Below are positions 57,587-64,000 of a DNA stretch of 64,000 nucleotides, in pieces. Position 1 is the first letter of the stretch. The number at the start of each line of letters is the position of its first letter. The notes below the pieces were generated by a model that searched no databases, was not told the origin of the DNA, and saw nothing but the letters and a program-made list of their open reading frames with translations. The DNA comes from an uncultured Acidimicrobiaceae bacterium (lineage in GTDB: Bacteria > Actinomycetota > Acidimicrobiia > Acidimicrobiales > Bog-793), in contig CAWJBM010000002.1 of NCBI GenBank assembly GCA_963841155.1, forward strand, positions 247,454 through 311,453, given 5' to 3'. The position numbers and the translations under genes are program-made.

Positions 57587-58590
57587 CGTCGCATCCCTCA
57601 GCCGAACGGCCGGCCCTGTCCAGGTCATCTGCGGGGTCACCTGACGACTGGACGTTCCGCGTCGAGGCTCTCACCAAGCGGTTCGGCGCGCTCGCCGCCA
57701 ACGACTCCATCACGCTTCGCGTCCGGCCCGGCGAGGTCTACGGTCTGCTCGGCCCAAATGGAGCAGGCAAGTCCACGCTCGTGAAGCAGACGATCGGTCT
57801 CCTGAAGCCGACCTCCGGTCGTATCACGCTCGGTCGCTTCGACCTCGTCGCCGACCCCGATGCGGCGCGGCAACTGTGCTCCTACTTGCCACAGGTGCAG
57901 ATGCCGATCGACTCGTTCCACGTCGTTGAAGCAATCGAGCTCGCCGGCCGCATCAGGGGCGCCGGCGCGAGAGACGTCCGGGGGCGCACGGCGTCGCTTA
58001 TCGATGCACTCGACCTCGGCGAGTGGAAGGACGCTCTCGGGCACACCTTGTCCGGCGGCGTCAAGCGCCTCGTCGGGTTCTGCATGGCCATTGTCCGCCC
58101 GGGGCGCCTGGTGATCCTCGACGAGCCCACGAACGACGTCGACCCATTGCGCCGGCGCCTGCTGTGGGAGGAGATCCGCTCCCTCGGCGCGCATGGGTGT
58201 GCCGTCCTGCTGGTGACCCACAATGTGCTCGAGGCCGAGAAGTCGGTCGACCGCCTGGCGGTGATCCACAAGGGACGGCTCGTGGCAGAGGGGACGCCGT
58301 CCTCGATGAAGGCGGCCGACCGGTCGCAGCTCCGGCTGCAGTTGATGCTCACACCGGGCACGGCCACGCCCGCCCTGCCACCGTGGGCCGGTCCGGCGGT
58401 ACGCGTCGGGCACAACCTCGTCACCGCGATCGCCGAGGTCGACGCCTCCACCGCGATCTCGTGGGCAGCGGAGTTGACCAATGCCGGTGTCGCGGAGGAG
58501 TACGCGCTGAGCGCCATGACCCTGGAGGACGCGTACATCCGGCTCACCTCGCACATGTCGGGCGACGGAGACGACGACGGTGATGCCTGA
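57583..58590 (+). CDS. ABC transporter ATP-binding protein (ABC-2/DrrA-like)
   Basis: GLLGPNGAGKST (Walker A), LSGGVKRL (signature), LVILDEPT (Walker B). ATG 57583 overlaps the GNAT stop (ATGA). Confidence 0.9.
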   Translation: MTSHPSAERPALSRSSAGSPDDWTFRVEALTKRFGALAANDSITLRVRPGEVYGLLGPNGAGKSTLVKQTIGLLKPTSGRITLGRFDLVADPDAARQLCSYLPQVQMPIDSFHVVEAIELAGRIRGAGARDVRGRTASLIDALDLGEWKDALGHTLSGGVKRLVGFCMAIVRPGRLVILDEPTNDVDPLRRRLLWEEIRSLGAHGCAVLLVTHNVLEAEKSVDRLAVIHKGRLVAEGTPSSMKAADRSQLRLQLMLTPGTATPALPPWAGPAVRVGHNLVTAIAEVDASTAISWAAELTNAGVAEEYALSAMTLEDAYIRLTSHMSGDGDDDGDA

Positions 58591-59380
58591 GCTCCAGGAT
58601 GCGAGCGTCATCGTCCCGCACGGCACTGTCGAACGCGGGGCGAGGCACTGGTGGCACGACTACGCCGTGATGGTGCAATGGCATCTCGCCAGCCTGCGCG
58701 TCTGGCTGGTGACGCTAACGATCGTCCAGCTGCTGGCGGGCGTCGGGTTCGTGCTCGGAATCTCCCTGTTCTTCGTCCGGGTCCCGATGACAGCCGCCCT
58801 GTTCGTCTCGACCGGCGTGCCGGTCATCAACTTGATGACAGTCGGGTTGATCCTCGGGCCCCAGCTCGTGGCCGACCAGAAGTCCAATGGGAGCTACGAG
58901 TACCTGCGCTCGATGCCGGTCAGCCGGTCGGTGACTGCCGCCGCCTGGTACACGGTCTGCCTCATCGGCGGCGTACCGGCGATGGTCGTGTCTCTCGGAG
59001 TGGCACGGCTGCGCTACGACCTGCCGCTGCACGTCTCGCCGATGATCGTCCCAGCTGTCCTTCTCACCTCGTTCGCCGGCACGATGCTCGGCTACGCCCT
59101 CGGGCACGCCATAGGCAGCCCGATGGCGACGAGGCTGATCACCCAGCTTCTCGTCTTCGCCATCTTCGGTTTCGCTCCCATCCTCTTCCCCCTCTCCCAG
59201 ATGCCACGCTGGCTCGGCACCCTCAATTGGTGGTTCCCATTTCGTCAGATGGCCGTCGTCACACGCGCTGCCCTCACGCCGGGAGGCCATGCGGCGGTGC
59301 TGTCCGCGTACGTGGTGCTCGGCCTGTGGGCGATCGCCTGTGCAGGGCTCGCAGGGCGGGCGCTCGGACGGCGACCATGA
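58580..59380 (+). CDS. ABC-2 type transporter permease
   Basis: 266 aa with 6 hydrophobic segments. Overlaps the ATPase stop. Confidence 0.8.
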   Translation: MMPELQDASVIVPHGTVERGARHWWHDYAVMVQWHLASLRVWLVTLTIVQLLAGVGFVLGISLFFVRVPMTAALFVSTGVPVINLMTVGLILGPQLVADQKSNGSYEYLRSMPVSRSVTAAAWYTVCLIGGVPAMVVSLGVARLRYDLPLHVSPMIVPAVLLTSFAGTMLGYALGHAIGSPMATRLITQLLVFAIFGFAPILFPLSQMPRWLGTLNWWFPFRQMAVVTRAALTPGGHAAVLSAYVVLGLWAIACAGLAGRALGRRP

Positions 59381-60180
59381 CCGTCGTCGTCGCCGGAGGT
59401 CGCCCGAGGCACCTACCACAGTCCGAGCTGCGGTCGGGGACGGGCTACTGGGTTGCCAGCCTGGTCTCGATGATGCACTTCGACTACGGCCGCGTGCGCC
59501 AATGGGTGCCGATGATGATCGTCATCCAGACGATGATGGGGGCCGGCATGGCATTGCTGTACGGGTTCTTCTACCCGCATGTCACCGCCACCCGGGCCTT
59601 GTACATCACGACCGGCGCACCGACGCTGGCACTCATACCCCTCGGCTTCGTGATGCTCCCGGGTACTGTCGCCGAGCAGAAGCTCGAGGGAACCTTCGAC
59701 TACATCTGGTCACTGCCCTCACCAAGAAGCGCCCAGGCCGCGTCCACCTTCGTGCTCTACACGCTCCTCGCCCTCCCGGGTTCGGTGTTCGCCCTCCTCG
59801 TTGCGGCGTGGCGGTACCACGTGCACCTCGCGTTCTCGCCGCTCCTGGTCCCAGCGGTCCTTCTCTGCGCGCTGATGGCGATCACGGTCGGTTACGGCAT
59901 GGCACTGGCCATCTCCAACCCGATGGTGACCAACGTCGTGACGAACGCACTGATGTTCGTCGTGCTGCTGTTCTCCCCGATCGTCTACCCGGTGTCGCAG
60001 CTGCCCCGCTGGCTCGCCACTGTCCACTACTTCTTGCCCTTCTACAACATGGCCGTCGTCATCCGGGCCGGCCTCACTTCCGGCGTCGTTGCTCACGTGG
60101 CGATCTCGTTCGTCGTCCTGGCGGCGTGGACCGCCGCCGGTGGCGCGGCGACGGCGTGGGTCGTCGGCCGCCGCCGCTAG
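59377..60180 (+). CDS. ABC-2 type transporter permease (second, paralogous)
   Basis: ATG 59377 overlaps the previous stop (ATGA). It lies within listed ORF 58651..60180. Shares the ..YPVSQLPRWL...FLPFYNMAVVIRA.. motif with the first permease (..FPLSQMPRWL..WFPFRQMAVVTRA). Confidence 0.8.
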   Translation: MTVVVAGGRPRHLPQSELRSGTGYWVASLVSMMHFDYGRVRQWVPMMIVIQTMMGAGMALLYGFFYPHVTATRALYITTGAPTLALIPLGFVMLPGTVAEQKLEGTFDYIWSLPSPRSAQAASTFVLYTLLALPGSVFALLVAAWRYHVHLAFSPLLVPAVLLCALMAITVGYGMALAISNPMVTNVVTNALMFVVLLFSPIVYPVSQLPRWLATVHYFLPFYNMAVVIRAGLTSGVVAHVAISFVVLAAWTAAGGAATAWVVGRRR

Positions 60181-60283
60181 AGATCCTCTCGCTCAGGCGC
60201 TCGGAAGGCCGAAGGCGAAGCAGCTTGCCTGCAGATAGCGGCAGCTTCCAAGCCGCTGGGAGCACCGTAGCTAGTCTTGAGCT

Positions 60284-61120
60284 GTGGCATTCACGAGCGG
60301 GCAAGGCCTCACGAGCTCGGAGCTCGGCTGGACAAGGGCCGACTCGCAACGGAAGATATGGGGCCTGAGCCACACTCATCTGGCGAATGCCATAGACCGG
60401 TTCTCTAATGGCCCCGGAGAAGGACCCGACGAGTCGCCAATACGAGAAGCAGCCGCCGCGCGGACTGGCTTCGCATGGTTGGCAGAGCTCGGAGCGCGAC
60501 TCGAGTTGACACAGCCGCTGGCGACGGCGTGCGACGACTTCGTCATGGGTCTGGCTGAGGGAGACCAGGAGCGGACTATGCGCGGGTATTCGGCCGTTGA
60601 GACGATCGTCAGCCGGATTCGCGCGCAGTTCGGTTACGACGTCGGCCGGTCATGGAATCTGCAGAAGATCGATGAGGAGTTCGATCAGCTGATCGAGGCC
60701 TCGGCATTGTTGGTCGGCCGGCTCAAGCACGAGCACCCGACGGATACAGATACCAAGAACACCTACGAGTTGGCGGTCAAGATCGCCCACGGCTGGGCAC
60801 GGCTCGTCAACGGAAGTTACTTCCTCCTGTACTCGGCGCCGTACTCAGAAGCGGCAGCAAGCGTCGTCTCGGGAATGAGCGATCGCGATTGCGGGTGTGT
60901 TCAGGCTGGTGTCGAGCAGATGGTCGAGCTCGGCGCGCGGCTGTCCGAGGGGTCGACGACGATCGTCGAAGGTGGACAGCCCCGTAAGGGCGACCCGGTC
61001 AAGTTCCCCAATGCGGTGCCCGGCGGCCGCTATGTCGCCGCCGCTGACGGACGTCCCGTCGAAGGCCACTCTGACCGGTGGTCGGTCGACGTGGTCCTCT
61101 CAGACCCTCGGGACGGGTGA
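60284..61120 (+). CDS. Hypothetical protein
   Basis: 278-aa ORF with more A/T-ending codons than its neighbours. No motif recognised. Confidence 0.45.
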   Translation: MAFTSGQGLTSSELGWTRADSQRKIWGLSHTHLANAIDRFSNGPGEGPDESPIREAAAARTGFAWLAELGARLELTQPLATACDDFVMGLAEGDQERTMRGYSAVETIVSRIRAQFGYDVGRSWNLQKIDEEFDQLIEASALLVGRLKHEHPTDTDTKNTYELAVKIAHGWARLVNGSYFLLYSAPYSEAAASVVSGMSDRDCGCVQAGVEQMVELGARLSEGSTTIVEGGQPRKGDPVKFPNAVPGGRYVAAADGRPVEGHSDRWSVDVVLSDPRDG

Positions 61121-61146
61121 CCAGCGGCGCTGCCCGGTCCGGCAGG

Positions 61147-62010
61147 TCAGGTTATGTCGGAGCGCAGGGTCGTCAAGGTTCCGACGACGGCGAGCGCGAC
61201 GCCATAGATCAGAAGCATGATGGCCCCTCCCCACCAGGGCAAAAGTGGCGTGTTGCCACCCCCGAAGCTCGTCCGTGCGGCATCCTCGAGTGCCGTTGCG
61301 GCCGCGCCGGGAAGGTACTCGCCAATCGTGGGCCACACGGCCGCGACAATCGACTCCACGACCAGGGTGAAGATGAGGCCAACAACGATGGCAACGATCT
61401 GGTTCTTCAACAACGCGCCGAGACCGAGGCCATAAATGGCAAACAGGCCTGTCCCGAGCACGACTCCGGGCGCAATCCGCGACCAGTCGTGCCACATGCT
61501 GTGGGAGCTGGCGAGGTAGTAGAGGCCGTGCTTCGCGCTGCACAGTGCCTGCGACATTCCCTGGGTCACGCCTGCGGGTGCCAGGCAGGAGTGGGCCCCG
61601 AGGCCGACGAGCACCAAGCCGATGACCAGTCCCGTCAACATCGTGAGCGCGCCCAGCACGACACCAGCTCCGAAGCTGGTCCCCAGCTTGGCGATGACGA
61701 CGCGACCGCGACGCGGCTCGGCGAGGAACGTCGGGGTCACGGTCTTGTGGCGGTACTCGCCTGTGATGATGATCGCACCGAGAACAAGGGCGAGAAGCCG
61801 CGAGTTGTCGAGCACGGAGAACACGTTGGTGAACCACTGGGACGAGCCGTGCGGGACGATCCCGGCCCTGCCGCCGTGCCGGCCGCCTGGAGCGAAGGCA
61901 ACGAGGAAGCCGAACGCGACGTCGATGAACACGACGATCCCGAAGATCACGTACGTCGACCAGATCGTCCAGAGCTTGCGGACCTCGGCTCTGAGCAGCC
62001 TGGTCATCAC
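61147..62010 (-). CDS. ABC-2 type transporter permease
   Basis: 287 aa. LLRAEVRKLWTIWSTYVIFGIVVF.. and 6 TM-like segments. Overlaps the upstream ATPase gene. Confidence 0.8.
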   Translation of the reverse strand: MMTRLLRAEVRKLWTIWSTYVIFGIVVFIDVAFGFLVAFAPGGRHGGRAGIVPHGSSQWFTNVFSVLDNSRLLALVLGAIIITGEYRHKTVTPTFLAEPRRGRVVIAKLGTSFGAGVVLGALTMLTGLVIGLVLVGLGAHSCLAPAGVTQGMSQALCSAKHGLYYLASSHSMWHDWSRIAPGVVLGTGLFAIYGLGLGALLKNQIVAIVVGLIFTLVVESIVAAVWPTIGEYLPGAAATALEDAARTSFGGGNTPLLPWWGGAIMLLIYGVALAVVGTLTTLRSDIT

Positions 62011-63047
62011 TGACCGCCTATCGCGCCGGCAGAGGGCGGCGGCGTGGGCGAATCCTTTGGCGCGTCATTGAACCGGCGGTAGTCGCCCACCGGCCCCGCC
62101 GCATGTCCGACCTGCATCCCCTCACCGCCGGTCAGAGAGAAGAAGAGCGACTCGAGCGACTCGGTGGACGAGACCATCTCGTGCACTTCGATGCGGTTCT
62201 CGACCATGATCGGGCCCACTGTCTCGGGCGCAACGCCCTCACACACGACGCAGCCGTCCCGCACCGCTGCTGGAAGGCTCGCGGCTTGTAGAGCCTGAAC
62301 GAGGCGCTCGGCATCGGGCGTGCGCACCCTCACAGCCCGTTTGGTGCCGACGAGCAGGTCCGCCAGTCTCCCTTGGGCCGCGAGACGGCCGGCCGTCAGG
62401 ACGATGACGTCGTCCACGATCAGCTGCGCCTCCGACAGCAGGTGTGACGACACGATCACGATGCGGCCGCCCTCCGGCTCAGCCGCTTTCTCGGACGCGT
62501 AGAACCTGAGGAAGTCGCGAAGCCATGCGATGCCCTGCGGGTCGAGGCCGTTGGCCGGTTCGTCGAGAACGAGGATGTCGGGCTTGCCCAGCAGCGCCCG
62601 GGCGAGCTCGAGGCGCTGGCGCATGCCCATCGAGAAGCCGCCGACTCTCCGGTTCCCGGACTCGGACAAGCCCACTAGGTCGAGGCACTCCTCGACCCTG
62701 CTGAAAGGAATGCCTGCCGTCGTCGCGATCAGCTTCAGGTGGTTGCGCGCCGTGCGGGCCGGGTGGAATCCCGACGCCTCGAGCACGGCGCCGACCCGCA
62801 TCGTGGGGTGGGGCAGGTGACGGTAGCGGTGCCCGTCGATGACCACCGAGCCCGAGGTCGGAGTCACCAGTCCGAGGAGCATCCGCAGTGTCGTGGTCTT
62901 GCCGGCGCCGTTGGGCCCGAGGAACCCTGTGACCCCGCCTGGGATCGCGTCGAAGTCGAGGTGGTCGACGGCAAGGACGTCCGCGCCGAAACGCTTCGTC
63001 AGTCCCCGAGCTTGGATTGTCGGCATCTCTGGCCCGGCCTCCGTCAA
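62007..63047 (-). CDS. ABC transporter ATP-binding protein
   Basis: GFLGPNGAGKTT, FSMGMRQRL, LVLDEPANGLD. A C-terminal extension is present. Confidence 0.9.
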   Translation of the reverse strand: MTEAGPEMPTIQARGLTKRFGADVLAVDHLDFDAIPGGVTGFLGPNGAGKTTTLRMLLGLVTPTSGSVVIDGHRYRHLPHPTMRVGAVLEASGFHPARTARNHLKLIATTAGIPFSRVEECLDLVGLSESGNRRVGGFSMGMRQRLELARALLGKPDILVLDEPANGLDPQGIAWLRDFLRFYASEKAAEPEGGRIVIVSSHLLSEAQLIVDDVIVLTAGRLAAQGRLADLLVGTKRAVRVRTPDAERLVQALQAASLPAAVRDGCVVCEGVAPETVGPIMVENRIEVHEMVSSTESLESLFFSLTGGEGMQVGHAAGPVGDYRRFNDAPKDSPTPPPSAGAIGGQ

Positions 63048-63271
63048 GCTTCGTCGATCAGCATCCGCGCGAGGCGGTGCGAGGTGACCTTACTTCCGCC
63101 GACACATCAGGTTGTGCGACTGCCGCGGACAAGATTGGCCTGACCAACTGACTCGGAGCACTGAAAGCCAGGAGCTGCGGTTCCGCAAGTCCCGCTCAAC
63201 TTTGCGGCACCCGTGCCGACTAATTGAAACCAGCGAGGGTATTTTGCCGCGCTCCGAGAAGGAGGCCGCAC

Positions 63272-64000
63272 ATGTTGAGCAGACTCAAGGAATTGCGTCT
63301 TGGAAGGATCGTCCCGGTGACTGTCGTGGTCATTCTCGGGGCATCCGCTGTCGCCGCCGGAGCCACACCCGCAGCCCGCGTCTCCGCACGCCAGCACGAA
63401 GGGGGCCCGGCGATCGTCACCTCCGTGAACGGCGTCTCCACCGCGGGCACCTGCGGCGTCTCTGGCGCCACGGGCAGCTTCACGCTGGTCGGCAGGCACC
63501 AGGTCATCCTGACCGTCGACGTCACCTCGACGACGACCTTCACGGACTCCGCCGACCCGACGCCGTCATTCCTCGACGTCTGCGTCGGCAGCCAGGTCAA
63601 GGCCCTGGGCGCCCTCGCGTCCGGCGCGCTGACGGCGACCTCGGTCACGGTCGTGCCGCCACGCCCGGTCCAGGCAAAGGGGGTCGTCACCTCCGTGAAC
63701 GGCGTCTCCACCGCGGGCACCTGCGGCGTCTCTGGCGCCACGGGCAGCTTCACGCTGGTCGGCAGGCACCAGGTCATCCTGACCGTCGACGTCACCTCGA
63801 CGACGACCTTCACGGACTCCGCCGACCCGACGCCGTCATTCCTCGACGTCTGCGTCGGCAGTCGCGTGGTGGCCCTCGGCGCACTGGCGTCCGGCGCGCT
63901 GACGGCGACCTCGGTCACCGTCGTGCCGCCACGCCCGGTCCAGGCAAAGGGGGTCGTCACCTCCGTGAACGGCGTTCCCACCGCGGGCACCTGCGGCGTC
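63272..64000 (+). CDS. Secreted protein built of tandem DUF5666-like ~90-aa repeats; 3' end runs off the window
   Basis: Not in the ORF track (no stop in the window). SD GAAGGAGG, ATG 63272. MLSRLKELRLGRIVPVTVVVILGASAVAAGA (signal), then repeats of VTSVNGVSTAGTCGVSGATGSFTLVGRHQVILTVDVTSTTTFTD... Listed ORF 63220..63990(-) is its antisense shadow. Confidence 0.75.
   Translation, partial: MLSRLKELRLGRIVPVTVVVILGASAVAAGATPAARVSARQHEGGPAIVTSVNGVSTAGTCGVSGATGSFTLVGRHQVILTVDVTSTTTFTDSADPTPSFLDVCVGSQVKALGALASGALTATSVTVVPPRPVQAKGVVTSVNGVSTAGTCGVSGATGSFTLVGRHQVILTVDVTSTTTFTDSADPTPSFLDVCVGSRVVALGALASGALTATSVTVVPPRPVQAKGVVTSVNGVPTAGTCGV
63414..64000 (+). repeat. 270-bp tandem repeat, about 2.2 copies visible, continuing beyond the window
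   Basis: Units start at about 63414, 63684 and 63954. They are nearly identical except for a 30-bp patch (63591-63620 versus 63861-63890). Confidence 0.9.

Noticed and set aside
63220-63990. 256-aa minus-strand ORF at the right edge.
   Set aside because: It is antisense to the plus-strand gene starting at 63272. That gene has an SD, a signal peptide and an in-frame 90-aa repeat structure.
1-64000. Scan for CRISPR arrays, rRNA and intact tRNA genes.
   Set aside because: I found no short regularly spaced repeats and no rRNA-like conserved blocks. The only tRNA-like sequences are 3' fragments (2920, 4347, 24814).

Overview
High-GC, actinobacterial-style chromosomal segment in two parts. All calls rest on my own by-eye translation and motif recognition; no searches were run.

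**Left part (about 1-29 kb): accessory DNA packed with mobile elements.**
- A tyrosine integrase sits next to a 47-nt tRNA-Arg(ACG)-like 3' half. That half recurs 21.8 kb downstream, so the pair looks like att sites.
- Between the two halves lie:
  - two diverged inverted IS1380 copies;
  - an IS21 element carrying an extra small gene, with istB split by a 3.3-kb large-serine-recombinase cassette;
  - remnants of IS1634-like, IS256 and rve-type transposases;
  - a truncated UvrD-like helicase and an HNH nuclease;
  - AT-richer secreted-protein genes, two of them frameshifted;
  - an excisionase-like HTH gene and an AbiEi/AbiEii pair.
- Just outside the right repeat, an ISL3 with a clean 8-bp target duplication separates a membrane-protein gene from its ribosome-binding site. 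That gene lies downstream of an AAA ATPase.

**Right part (29-64 kb): mainly redox metabolism, interrupted by IS1634-type elements.**
- pntAA-pntAB-pntB.
- A 2-oxoacid:ferredoxin oxidoreductase encoded as gamma-delta and alpha-beta fusion genes, followed by nfnA and nfnB.
- A single-chain PFOR plus a DHOD-like gene.
- Also present: a methyltransferase, a GT-C-like membrane protein, a dimethylformamidase-like protein, deoC, a 7-repeat C..CWAVG secreted protein, and two ABC exporter sets.

**Genes running off the window edges, both missed by the ORF track.**
- Left edge: a DUF1906 protein with 7 FN3 repeats.
- Right edge: a DUF5666-like protein built of near-identical 270-bp tandem repeats.

I found no rRNA, no intact tRNA and no CRISPR array.
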